Source of the DNA: Escherichia coli
GTDB lineage: Bacteria > Pseudomonadota > Gammaproteobacteria > Enterobacterales > Enterobacteriaceae
Assembly (NCBI RefSeq): GCF_022846255.1
Contig: NZ_AP025682.1
Strand: one strand, 5' to 3'
Length of the DNA: 64,000 bases
The notes under the pieces were generated by a model that was given only the letters and a program-made list of their open reading frames with translations, did no database searches and was not told the origin of the DNA. The position numbers were made by a program, and so were the translations under genes. Within the stretch, counting starts at the first letter, position 1; every line of letters begins with the position of its first letter. This document shows, one piece after another, positions 12,096 to 21,462 of this stretch.

Positions 12096-13121
12096 ATGTC
12101 GATGTACACAACCGCCCAGCTGCTGGCGGCAAATGAGCAGAAATTTAAGTTTGATCCGCTGTTTCTGCGCCTCTTTTTCCGTGAGAGCTATCCCTTCACC
12201 ACGGAGAAAGTCTATCTCTCACAAATTCCGGGACTGGTAAACATGGCGCTGTACGTTTCGCCGATTGTTTCCGGTGAGGTTATCCGCTCCCGTGGCGGCT
12301 CCACCTCTGAATTTACGCCGGGATATGTCAAGCCGAAGCATGAAGTGAATCCGCAGATGACCCTGCGTCGCCTGCCGGATGAAGATCCGCAGAATCTGGC
12401 GGATCCGGCTTACCGTCGCCGTCGCATCATCATGCAGAACATGCGTGACGAAGAGCTGGCCATTGCCCAGGTCGAAGAGATGCAGGCAGTTTCTGCCGTG
12501 CTTAAGGGCAAATACACCATGACCGGTGAAGCCTTCGATCCGGTTGAGGTGGATATGGGCCGCAGTGCGGCGAATAACATCACGCAGTCCGGCGGCACGG
12601 AGTGGAGCAAGCGTGACAAGTCCACGTATGACCCGACCGACGATATCGAAGCCTACGCGCTGAACGCCAGCGGTGTGGTGAATATCATCGTGTTCGATCC
12701 GAAAGGCTGGGCGCTGTTCCGTTCCTTCAAAGCCGTCAGGGAGAAGCTGGATACCCGTCGCGGCTCTCATTCCGAGCTGGAGACAGCGGTAAAAGACCTG
12801 GGCAAAGCGGTGTCCTATAAGGGAATGTATGGCGATGTGGCCATCGTCGTGTATTCCGGACAGTACGTGGAAAACGGCGTCAAAAAGAACTTCCTGCCGG
12901 ACAACACGATGGTGCTGGGGAACACTCAGGCTCGCGGTCTGCGCACCTATGGCTGTATTCAGGATGCGGATGCATTGAGTGAGGGTATTAATGCGTCTCC
13001 TCGTTATCCGAAAAACTGGAAGACATCCGGCGATCCGGCGCGTGAGTTCACCATGATTCAGTCAGCACCGCTAATGCTGCTGGCTGATCCTGATGAGTTC
13101 GTGTCCGTACAACTGGCGTAA
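12096..13121 (+). CDS. E: Major capsid protein gpE (341 aa)
   Basis: MSMYTTAQLLAANEQKFKFDPLFLRLFFRESYPF... matches lambda E. Confidence 0.97.
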   Translation: MSMYTTAQLLAANEQKFKFDPLFLRLFFRESYPFTTEKVYLSQIPGLVNMALYVSPIVSGEVIRSRGGSTSEFTPGYVKPKHEVNPQMTLRRLPDEDPQNLADPAYRRRRIIMQNMRDEELAIAQVEEMQAVSAVLKGKYTMTGEAFDPVEVDMGRSAANNITQSGGTEWSKRDKSTYDPTDDIEAYALNASGVVNIIVFDPKGWALFRSFKAVREKLDTRRGSHSELETAVKDLGKAVSYKGMYGDVAIVVYSGQYVENGVKKNFLPDNTMVLGNTQARGLRTYGCIQDADALSEGINASPRYPKNWKTSGDPAREFTMIQSAPLMLLADPDEFVSVQLA

Positions 13122-13161
13122 TCATGGCCCTTCGGGGCCATTTCTCTCTGTGGAGGAGTCC

Positions 13162-13557
13162 ATGACGAAAGATGAACTGATTGCCCGTCTCCGCTCGCTG
13201 GGTGAACAACTGAACCGTGATGTCAGCCTGACGGGGACGAAAGAAGAACTGGTGCTCCGTGTGGCAGAGCTGGAAGAGGAGCTTGATGACACGGATGACG
13301 CTGCCGGTCAGGACACATCTGTCAGCCCGGAAAATGCGCTGACCGGACATGAAAATGAGGTGGTATCAGCGCAGCCGGATACCGTGACTGATACGGCTGA
13401 TCTGGTCACGGTTGTGGCACTGGTGACGCTGCATACTGATGCACTTCACGCCACGCGGGATGAACCTGTGGCATTTGTGCTGCCGGGAACGGCGTTTCGT
13501 GTCTCTGCCGGTGTGGCAGCCGAAATGACAGAGCGCGGCCTGGCCAGAATGCAATAA
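13162..13557 (+). CDS. FI: DNA-packaging protein FI (131 aa)
   Basis: MTKDELIARLRSLGEQLNRDVSLTGTKEEL... matches lambda FI. Confidence 0.93.
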   Translation: MTKDELIARLRSLGEQLNRDVSLTGTKEELVLRVAELEEELDDTDDAAGQDTSVSPENALTGHENEVVSAQPDTVTDTADLVTVVALVTLHTDALHATRDEPVAFVLPGTAFRVSAGVAAEMTERGLARMQ

Positions 13558-13568
13558 CGGGAGGCGCT

Positions 13569-13922
13569 GTGGCTGATTTCGATAACCTGTTCGATGCTGC
13601 CATTGCCCGCGCCGATGAAACGATACGCGGGTACATGGGAACGTCAGCCACCATGACATCCGGTGAGCAGTCCGGTGCTGTGATACGTGGTGTTTTTGAT
13701 GACCCTGAAAATATCAGCTATGCCGGACAGGGCGTGCGCGTTGAAGGCTCCAGCCCGTCCCTGTTTGTCCGGACTGATGATGTGCGGCAGCTGCGGCGCG
13801 GCGACACGCTGACCATCGGTGAGGAAAACTTCTGGATAGACCGGATTTCGCCGGATGATGGCGGAAGCTGTCATCTCTGGCTTGGGCGGGGCGTACCGCC
13901 TGCCGTTAACCGTCGCCGCTGA
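13569..13922 (+). CDS. FII: Head-tail connector FII (117 aa)
   Basis: GTG start; (M)ADFDNLFDAAIARADETIRGYMG... matches lambda FII. Confidence 0.95.
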   Translation: MADFDNLFDAAIARADETIRGYMGTSATMTSGEQSGAVIRGVFDDPENISYAGQGVRVEGSSPSLFVRTDDVRQLRRGDTLTIGEENFWIDRISPDDGGSCHLWLGRGVPPAVNRRR

Positions 13923-13933
13923 AAGGGGGATGT

Positions 13934-14512
13934 ATGGCCATAAAAGGTCTTGAGCAGGCCGTTGAAAACCTCAGCCGTATCAGCAGAACGGCGGTGCCCG
14001 GTGCCGCCGCAATGGCCATTAACCGCGTTGCTTCATCCGCGATATCGCAGTCGGCGTCACAGGTTGCCCGTGAGACAAAGGTACGCCGGAAACTGGTAAA
14101 GGAAAGGGCCAGGCTGAAAAGGGCCACGGTCAAAAATCCGCAGGCCAGAATCAGGGTTAACCGGGGGGATTTGCCCGTAATAAAGCTGGGTAACGCGCGG
14201 ATTGTCCTGTCCCGACGCAGGCGTCGTAAAAAGGGGCAGCGTTCATCCCTGAAAGGTGGCGGCAGCGTGCTTGTGGTGGGTAACCGTCGTATTCCCGGCG
14301 CGTTTATTCAGCAACTGAAAAATGGCCGGTGGCATGTCATGCAGCGTGTGGCCGGGAAAAACCGTTACCCCATTGATGTAGTGAAAATCCCGATGGCGGT
14401 GCCGCTGACCACGGCGTTTAAACAAAATATTGAGCGGATACGGCGTGAACGTCTTCCGAAAGAGCTGGGCTATGCGCTGCAGCATCAACTGAGGATGGTA
14501 ATAAAGCGATGA
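13934..14512 (+). CDS. Z: Tail completion protein gpZ (192 aa)
   Basis: Lambda Z-like over its full length. Confidence 0.95.
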   Translation: MAIKGLEQAVENLSRISRTAVPGAAAMAINRVASSAISQSASQVARETKVRRKLVKERARLKRATVKNPQARIRVNRGDLPVIKLGNARIVLSRRRRRKKGQRSSLKGGGSVLVVGNRRIPGAFIQQLKNGRWHVMQRVAGKNRYPIDVVKIPMAVPLTTAFKQNIERIRRERLPKELGYALQHQLRMVIKR

Positions 14513-14904
14513 AACATACTGAACTCCGTGCAGCCGTACTGGATGCACTGGAGAAGCATGACACCGGGGCGACGTTTTTTGATGGTCGCCCCGCTGTTTT
14601 TGATGAGGCGGATTTTCCGGCAGTTGCCGTTTATCTCACCGGCGCTGAATACACGGGCGAAGAGCTGGACAGCGATACCTGGCAGGCGGAGCTGCATATC
14701 GAAGTTTTCCTGCCTGCTCAGGTGCCGGATTCAGAGCTGGATTCGTGGATGGAGTCCCGGATTTACCCGGTGATGAGCGATATCCCGGCACTGTCAGATT
14801 TGATCACCAGTATGGTGGCCAGCGGCTATGACTACCGGCGCGACGATGATGCGGGCCTGTGGAGTTCAGCCGATCTGACTTATGTCATTACCTATGAAAT
14901 GTGA
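14509..14904 (+). CDS. U: Tail terminator gpU (131 aa)
   Basis: Lambda U-like over its full length. Confidence 0.95.
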   Translation: MKHTELRAAVLDALEKHDTGATFFDGRPAVFDEADFPAVAVYLTGAEYTGEELDSDTWQAELHIEVFLPAQVPDSELDSWMESRIYPVMSDIPALSDLITSMVASGYDYRRDDDAGLWSSADLTYVITYEM

Positions 14905-14911
14905 GGACGCT

Positions 14912-15652
14912 ATGCCTGTACCAAATCCTACAATGCCGGTGAAAGGTGCCGGGACCACCCTGTGGGTTTATAAGGGGAGCGGTGACCCTTATGCGAACCC
15001 GCTTTCAGACGTTGACTGGTCGCGTCTGGCAAAAGTTAAAGACCTGACGCCCGGCGAACTGACCGCTGAGTCCTATGACGACAGCTATCTCGATGATGAA
15101 GATGCAGACTGGACTGCGACCGGGCAGGGGCAGAAATCTGCCGGAGATACCAGCTTCACGCTGGCGTGGATGCCCGGAGAGCAGGGGCAGCAGGCGCTGC
15201 TGGCGTGGTTTAATGAAGGTGATATCCGTGCCTATAAAATCCGCTTCCCGAACGGCACGGTCGATGTGTTCCGTGGCTGGGTCAGCAGTATCGGTAAGGC
15301 GGTGACGGCGAAGGAAGTGATTACCCGCACGGTGAAGGTCACCAATGTGGGACGTCCGTCGATGGCAGAAGATCGCAGCACGGTGACGGCGACAACCGGC
15401 ATGACGGTGACACCCGCCAGTGCTTCCGTAGTGAAAGGGCAGAGCACCACGCTGACCGTGGCATTCCAGCCGGAGGGCGCAACCGACAAGAGCTTCCGTG
15501 CGGTGTCTGCGGATAAAACAAAAGCCACCGTGTCGGTCAGTGGTATGACCATCACCGTGAAAGGTGTTGCTGCAGGCAAGGTCAACATTCCGGTCGTATC
15601 CGGTAATGGTGAACTTGCTGCGGTTGCAGAAATCAACGTCACCGCCAGTTAA
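14912..15652 (+). CDS. V: Major tail tube protein gpV (246 aa)
   Basis: ATG 14912 gives [31 protein letters not shown]..., including the C-terminal Ig-like domain. Confidence 0.96.
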   Translation: MPVPNPTMPVKGAGTTLWVYKGSGDPYANPLSDVDWSRLAKVKDLTPGELTAESYDDSYLDDEDADWTATGQGQKSAGDTSFTLAWMPGEQGQQALLAWFNEGDIRAYKIRFPNGTVDVFRGWVSSIGKAVTAKEVITRTVKVTNVGRPSMAEDRSTVTATTGMTVTPASASVVKGQSTTLTVAFQPEGATDKSFRAVSADKTKATVSVSGMTITVKGVAAGKVNIPVVSGNGELAAVAEINVTAS

Positions 15653-15667
15653 TCCGGAGAGTCAGCG

Positions 15668-16090
15668 ATGTTCCTGAAAACCGAATCATTTGAACATAAC
15701 GGTGTGACCGTCACGCTTTCTGAACTGTCAGCCCTGCAGCGTATTGAGCATCTCGCCCTGATGAAACGGCAGGCAGAACAGGCGGAGTCAGACAGCAACC
15801 GGAAGTTTACTGTGGAAGACGCCATCAGAACCGGCGCGTTTCTGGTGGCGATGTCCCTGTGGCATAACCATCCGAAGAAGACAAAGCTGCCTTCCATGAA
15901 TGAAGCCGTTAAACAGATTGAGCGGGAAGTGCTTACCACCTGGCCCACAGAGGCAATTTCTCATGCTGAAAACGTGGTGTACCGGCTGTCCGGTATGTAT
16001 GAGTTTGTGGTGAATGATGCTCCTGAACAGGCAGAGGACGCCGGGCCTGCAGAGCCTGTTTCTGCGGGAAAGTGTTCGACGGTGAGCTGA
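15668..16090 (+). CDS. G: Tail assembly chaperone gpG (140 aa)
   Basis: Lambda G-like; ends just after the slippery heptamer. Confidence 0.95.
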   Translation: MFLKTESFEHNGVTVTLSELSALQRIEHLALMKRQAEQAESDSNRKFTVEDAIRTGAFLVAMSLWHNHPKKTKLPSMNEAVKQIEREVLTTWPTEAISHAENVVYRLSGMYEFVVNDAPEQAEDAGPAEPVSAGKCSTVS

Positions 16091-16506
16091 GTTTTGCCCT
16101 GAAACTGGCGCGCGAGATGGGGCGACCCGACTGGCGTGCCATGCTTGCCGGGATGTCATCCACGGAGTATGCCGACTGGCACCGCTTTTACAGTACCCAT
16201 TATTTTCATGATGTTCTGCTGGATATGCACTTTTCCGGGCTGACGTACACCGTACTCAGCCTGTTTTTCAGCGATCCGGATATGCATCCGCTGGATTTCA
16301 GTCTGCTGAACCGGCGCGAGGCTGACGAAGAGCCTGAAGATGATGTGCTGATGCAGAAAGCGGCAGGGCTTGCCGGAGGTGTCCGCTTTGGCCCGGACGG
16401 GAATGAAGTTATCCCCGCTTCCCCGGATGTGGCGGACATGACGGAGGATGACGTAATGCTGATGACAGTATCAGAAGGGATCGCAGGAGGAGTCCGGTAT
16501 GGCTGA
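15668..16506 (+). CDS. GT: Tail assembly chaperone gpGT, made by -1 programmed ribosomal frameshift
   Basis: The T frame (ORF 16072..16506) is -1 relative to G and overlaps it at G GGA AAG, as in lambda. Confidence 0.9.
16066..16072 (+). promoter_or_regulatory. Slippery heptamer G GGA AAG for the G/GT -1 frameshift
   Basis: The X XXY YYZ pattern is in the G frame (codons GGA 16067, AAG 16070). Confidence 0.9.
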
Positions 16507-19060
16507 ACCGGTAGGCGATCTGGTCGTTGATTTGAGTCTGGATGCGGCCAGATTTGACGAGCAGATGGCCAGAGTCAGGCGTCATTTTTCCGGTACGGAA
16601 AGTGATGCGAAAAAAACAGCGGCAGTCGTTGAACAGTCGCTGAGCCGACAGGCACTGGCTGCACAGAAAGCGGGGATTTCCGTCGGGCAGTATAAAGCTG
16701 CCATGCGTATGCTGCCTGCGCAGTTCACCGACGTGGCCACGCAGCTTGCAGGCGGGCAAAGTCCGTGGCTGATCCTGCTGCAACAGGGGGGGCAGGTGAA
16801 GGACTCCTTCGGCGGGATGATCCCCATGTTCAGGGGGCTTGCCGGTGCGATCACCCTGCCGATGGTCGGGGCCACCTCGCTGGCGGTGGCGACCGGTGCG
16901 CTGGCGTATGCCTGGTATCAGGGCAACTCAACCCTGTCCGATTTCAACAAAACGCTGGTCCTTTCCGGCAATCAGTCGGGTCTGACGGCAGATCGCATGC
17001 TGGTCCTGTCCAGAGCCGGGCAGGCGGCAGGGCTGACGTTTAACCAGACCAGCGAGTCACTCAGCGCACTGGTTAAGGCGGGAGTAAGCGGTGAGGCTCA
17101 GATTGCATCCATCAGCCAGAGTGTGGCGCGTTTCTCCTCTGCATCCGGCGTGGAGGTGGACAAGGTCGCTGAAGCCTTCGGGAAGCTGACCACAGACCCG
17201 ACGTCAGGGCTGACAGCGATGGCACGCCAGTTCCATAACGTGACGACGGAGCAGATTGCGTATGTTGCTCAGTTGCAGCGTTCCGGCGATGAAGCCGGGG
17301 CATTGCAGGCGGCGAACGAGGCCGCGACGAAAGGGTTTGATGACCAGACCCGCCGCCTGAAAGAGAACATGGGTACGCTGGAGACCTGGGCAGACAGGAC
17401 AGCGCGGGCATTCAAATCCATGTGGGATGCGGTGCTGGATATTGGTCGTCCTGATACCGCGCAGGAGATGCTGATTAAGGCAGAGGCTGCGTTTAAGAAA
17501 GCGGACGACATCTGGAGTCTGCGCAAGGATGATTATTTTGTTAACGATGAAGCGCGGGCGCGTTACTGGGATGATCGTGAAAAGGCCCGTCTTGCGCTTG
17601 AAGCCGCGAGAAAGAAGGCTGAGCAGCAGAGTCAACAGGACAAAAATGCGCAGCAGCAGAGCGATACTGAAGCGTCACGGCTGAAATATACCGAAGAGGC
17701 GCAGAAGGCTTACGAACGGCTGCAGACGCCGCTGGAGAAATATACCGCCCGTCAGGAAGAACTGAACAAGGCACTGAAGGACGGGAAAATTCTGCAGGCA
17801 GATTACAACACGCTGATGGCGGCGGCGAAAAAGGACTATGAAGCGACGCTGAAAAAGCCGAAACAGTCCGGCGTGAAGGTGTCTGCGGGCGATCGTCAGG
17901 AAGACAGTGCTCATGCTGCCCTGCTGACGCTTCAGGCTGAACTCCGGACGCTGGAGAAGCATGCCGGAGCAAATGAGAAAATCAGCCAGCAGCGCCGGGA
18001 TTTGTGGAAGGCGGAGAGTCAGTTCGCGGTACTGGAGGAGGCGGCGCAACGTCGCCAGCTGTCTGTACAGGAGAAATCCCTGCTGGCGCATAAAGATGAG
18101 ACGCTGGAGTACAAACGCCAGCTGGCTGCACTTGGCGACAAGGTTACGTATCAGGAGCGCCTGAACGCGCTGGCGCAGCAGGCGGATAAATTCGCACAGC
18201 AACAACGGGCAAAACGGGCAGCCATTGAGGCGAAAAACCGGGGGCTGACTGACCGGCAGGCAGCGCGGGACGCCACGGAACAGCGCCTGAAGGAACAGTA
18301 TGGCGATAATCCTCTGGCGCTGAATAACGTCATGTCAGAGCAGAAAAAGACCTGGGCGGCTGAAGACCTGCTTCGCGGGAACTGGATGGCAGGCCTCAGG
18401 TCCGGCTGGAGCGAGTGGAAAGAGAGTGCCACGGACAGTATGTCGCAGGTTAAAAGTGCTGCCACGCAGACCTTTGATGGTATTGCGCATAATATGGCGG
18501 CGATGCTGACCGGCAGTGAGCAGAACTGGCGAAGCTTCACCCGTTCCGTGCTGTCCATGATGACAGAAATTCTGCTTAAGCAGGCAATGGTGGGGATTGT
18601 CGGGAGTATCGGCAGCGCCATTGGCGGGGCTGTTGGTGGCGGCGCATCCGCGTCAGGCGGTACAGCCATTCAGGCCGCTGCGGCGAAATTCCATTTTGCA
18701 ACCGGAGGATTTACGGGAACCGGCGGCAAATATGAGCCAGCGGGGATTGTTCACCGTGGTGAGTTTGTCTTCACGAAGGAGGCAACCAGCCGGATTGGTG
18801 TCGGCAACCTGTACCGCCTAATGCGGGGCTATGCGGAAGGTGGTTATGTGGGCGGTGCCGGAAGTCCGGCGCAGATGCGGCGGGCTGAAGGCATTAATTT
18901 TAATCAGAACAATCACGTGGTGATTCAGAACGACGGTACGAATGGTCTGCCAGGTCCACAGATGATGAAGGCAGTGTATGACATGGCCCGCAAGGGTGCC
19001 CGTGATGAAATTCAGACACAGATGCGTGATGGTGGCCTGTTCTCCGGAGGTGGACGATGA
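16499..19060 (+). CDS. H: Tape measure protein gpH (853 aa)
   Basis: Lambda H-like along its length; the last ~60 aa differ slightly. Confidence 0.96.
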   Translation: MAEPVGDLVVDLSLDAARFDEQMARVRRHFSGTESDAKKTAAVVEQSLSRQALAAQKAGISVGQYKAAMRMLPAQFTDVATQLAGGQSPWLILLQQGGQVKDSFGGMIPMFRGLAGAITLPMVGATSLAVATGALAYAWYQGNSTLSDFNKTLVLSGNQSGLTADRMLVLSRAGQAAGLTFNQTSESLSALVKAGVSGEAQIASISQSVARFSSASGVEVDKVAEAFGKLTTDPTSGLTAMARQFHNVTTEQIAYVAQLQRSGDEAGALQAANEAATKGFDDQTRRLKENMGTLETWADRTARAFKSMWDAVLDIGRPDTAQEMLIKAEAAFKKADDIWSLRKDDYFVNDEARARYWDDREKARLALEAARKKAEQQSQQDKNAQQQSDTEASRLKYTEEAQKAYERLQTPLEKYTARQEELNKALKDGKILQADYNTLMAAAKKDYEATLKKPKQSGVKVSAGDRQEDSAHAALLTLQAELRTLEKHAGANEKISQQRRDLWKAESQFAVLEEAAQRRQLSVQEKSLLAHKDETLEYKRQLAALGDKVTYQERLNALAQQADKFAQQQRAKRAAIEAKNRGLTDRQAARDATEQRLKEQYGDNPLALNNVMSEQKKTWAAEDLLRGNWMAGLRSGWSEWKESATDSMSQVKSAATQTFDGIAHNMAAMLTGSEQNWRSFTRSVLSMMTEILLKQAMVGIVGSIGSAIGGAVGGGASASGGTAIQAAAAKFHFATGGFTGTGGKYEPAGIVHRGEFVFTKEATSRIGVGNLYRLMRGYAEGGYVGGAGSPAQMRRAEGINFNQNNHVVIQNDGTNGLPGPQMMKAVYDMARKGARDEIQTQMRDGGLFSGGGR

Positions 19061-19386
19061 AAACCTTCCGCTGGAAAGTGAAACCCGGTATGGATGTGGC
19101 TTCGGCCCCTTCTGTAAGAAAGGTGCGCTTTGGTGATGGCTATTCCCAGCGAGCGCCTGCCGGGCTGAATGCCAACCTGAAAACGTACAGCGTGACGCTT
19201 TCTGTCCCCCGTTGGGAGCCCACGGCGCTGGAGTCGTTTCTGGCTGAGCACGGGGGCTGGAAATCCTTTCTGTGGACGCCGCCTTATGAGTGGCGGCAGA
19301 TAAAGGTGACCTGCGCAAAATGGTCGTCGCGGGTCAGTATGCTGCGTGTTGAGTTCAGCGCAGAGTTTGAACAGGTGGTGAACTGA
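19057..19386 (+). CDS. M: Tail tip protein gpM (109 aa)
   Basis: Lambda M-like. Confidence 0.95.
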   Translation: MKTFRWKVKPGMDVASAPSVRKVRFGDGYSQRAPAGLNANLKTYSVTLSVPRWEPTALESFLAEHGGWKSFLWTPPYEWRQIKVTCAKWSSRVSMLRVEFSAEFEQVVN

Positions 19387-20084
19387 TGCAGGATATCCGG
19401 CAGGAAACATTGAATGAATGCACCCGTGCGGAGCAGTCGGCCAGCGTGGTGCTCTGGGAAATCGATCTGACAGAGGTCGGTGGAGAACGTTATTTTTTCT
19501 GTAATGAGCAGAACGAAAAAGGTGAGCCGGTCACCTGGCAGGGGCGACAGTATCAGCCGTATCCCATTCAGGGGAGTAGTTTTGAACTGAATGGCAAAGG
19601 CACCAGTACGCGCCCCACGCTGACGGTTTCTAACCTGTACGGTATGGTCACCGGGATGGTGGAAGATCTGCAGAGTCTGGTCGGCGGAACGGTGGTCAGG
19701 CGTAAGGTTTACGCCCGTTTTCTGGATGCGGTGAACTTCGTCAACGGAAACAGCGACGCCGATCCGGAGCAGGAGGTGATCAGCCGCTGGCGCATCGAGC
19801 AGTGCAGCGAACTGAGTGCGGTCAGTGCCTCCTTTGTACTGTCCACACCGACGGAAACGGATGGTGCCGTTTTTCCGGGGCGCATCATGCTGGCCAACAC
19901 CTGCACCTGGACCTATCGCGGCGATGAGTGCGGTTATCACGGTCCGGCGGTCGCGGATGAATATGACCAGCCAACGTCCGATATCACGAAGGATAAATGC
20001 AGCAAATGCCTGAGCGGTTGTAAGTTCCGCAATAACGTCGGCAACTTTGGCGGCTTCCTTTCCATTAACAAACTTTCGCAGTAA
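19386..20084 (+). CDS. L: Tail tip protein gpL (232 aa)
   Basis: Lambda L-like, with the C-terminal Cys cluster. Confidence 0.95.
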   Translation: MQDIRQETLNECTRAEQSASVVLWEIDLTEVGGERYFFCNEQNEKGEPVTWQGRQYQPYPIQGSSFELNGKGTSTRPTLTVSNLYGMVTGMVEDLQSLVGGTVVRRKVYARFLDAVNFVNGNSDADPEQEVISRWRIEQCSELSAVSASFVLSTPTETDGAVFPGRIMLANTCTWTYRGDECGYHGPAVADEYDQPTSDITKDKCSKCLSGCKFRNNVGNFGGFLSINKLSQ

Positions 20085-20089
20085 ATCCC

Positions 20090-20833
20090 ATGACACAGGC
20101 AGAATCAGCGATTCTGGCGCACGCCCGGCGATGTGCGCCAGCGGAGTCGTGCGGCTTCGTGGTAAGCACGCCGGAGGGGGAAAGATATTTCCCCTGCGTG
20201 AATATCTCCGGTGAGCCGGAGGCGTATTTCCGTATGTCGCCGGAAGACTGGCTGCAGGCAGAAATGCAGGGTGAGATTGTGGCGCTGGTCCACAGCCACC
20301 CCGGTGGTCTGCCCTGGCTGAGTGAGGCCGACCGGCGGCTGCAGGTGCAGAGTGATTTGCCGTGGTTGCTGGTCTGCCGGGGGGCGATTCATAAGTTCCG
20401 CTGTGTGCCGCATCTCACCGGGCGGCGCTTTGAGCACGGGGTGACGGACTGTTACACGCTGTTCCGGGATGCTTATCATCTGGCGGGGATTGAGATGCCG
20501 GATTTTCATCGTGAGGATGACTGGTGGCGTCACGGTCAGAATCTCTATCTGGATAATCTGGAGGCAACGGGGCTGTATCAGGTGCCGTTGTCAGCGGCGC
20601 AGCCGGGCGATGTGCTGCTGTGCTGTTTTGGTTCATCGGTGCCGAATCATGCCGCTATTTACTGCGGCGACGGCGAGCTGCTGCACCATATTCCTGAACA
20701 ACTGAGCAAACGAGAGAGGTATACCGACAAATGGCAGCGACGCACACACTCCCTCTGGCGTCACCGGGCATGGCGCGCATCTGCCTTTACGGGGATTTAC
20801 AACGATTTGGCCGCCGCATCGACCTTCGTGTGA
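20090..20833 (+). CDS. K: Tail tip assembly protein gpK (247 aa; JAB/MPN plus NlpC/P60-like)
   Basis: Lambda K-like, including HSHP and DCYTLF segments. Confidence 0.93.
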   Translation: MTQAESAILAHARRCAPAESCGFVVSTPEGERYFPCVNISGEPEAYFRMSPEDWLQAEMQGEIVALVHSHPGGLPWLSEADRRLQVQSDLPWLLVCRGAIHKFRCVPHLTGRRFEHGVTDCYTLFRDAYHLAGIEMPDFHREDDWWRHGQNLYLDNLEATGLYQVPLSAAQPGDVLLCCFGSSVPNHAAIYCGDGELLHHIPEQLSKRERYTDKWQRRTHSLWRHRAWRASAFTGIYNDLAAASTFV

Positions 20834-21402
20834 AAACGGGGGCTGAAGCCATTCGGGCGCTGGCCACACAGCTCCCGGCGTTTCGTCAGAAACTGAGCGA
20901 CGGCTGGTATCAGGTACGGATTTCCGGGCGGGACGTCAGCACGTCCGGATTGACGGCGCAGTTACATGAGGTTCTGCCTGACGGCGCTGTGATTCATATT
21001 GTTCCCAGAGTCGCCGGGGCCAAGTCAGGGGGCGTATTCCAGATTGTTCTGGGGGCTGCCGCCATTGCCGGATCATTCTTTACTGCCGGAGCCACCCTTG
21101 CAGCATGGGGGGCAGCCATTGGGGCCGGTGGTATGACCGGTATCCTGTTTTCTCTCGGTGCCAGTATGGTACTTGGTGGTGTGGCGCAGATGCTGGCACC
21201 GAAAGCCAGGACGCCCACGGCAGCCAGTACAGATAACGGCAAACAGAACACGTATTTCTCGTCACTGGATAACATGGTTGCCCAGGGCAATGTTCTGCCT
21301 GTTCTGTACGGGGAAATGCGCGTGGGGTCACGCGTGGTTTCTCAGGAGATCAGCACGGCAGACGAAGGGGACGGTGGTCAGGTTGTGGTGATTGGTCGCT
21401 GA
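20731..21402 (+). CDS. I: Tail tip assembly protein gpI (223 aa)
   Basis: Lambda I-like, with a 103-nt overlap with K as in lambda. Confidence 0.93.
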   Translation: MAATHTLPLASPGMARICLYGDLQRFGRRIDLRVKTGAEAIRALATQLPAFRQKLSDGWYQVRISGRDVSTSGLTAQLHEVLPDGAVIHIVPRVAGAKSGGVFQIVLGAAAIAGSFFTAGATLAAWGAAIGAGGMTGILFSLGASMVLGGVAQMLAPKARTPTAASTDNGKQNTYFSSLDNMVAQGNVLPVLYGEMRVGSRVVSQEISTADEGDGGQVVVIGR

Positions 21403-21462
21403 TGCAAAATGTTTTATGTGAAACCGCCTCCGGGCGGTTTTGTCGTTTATGGAGCATGACGA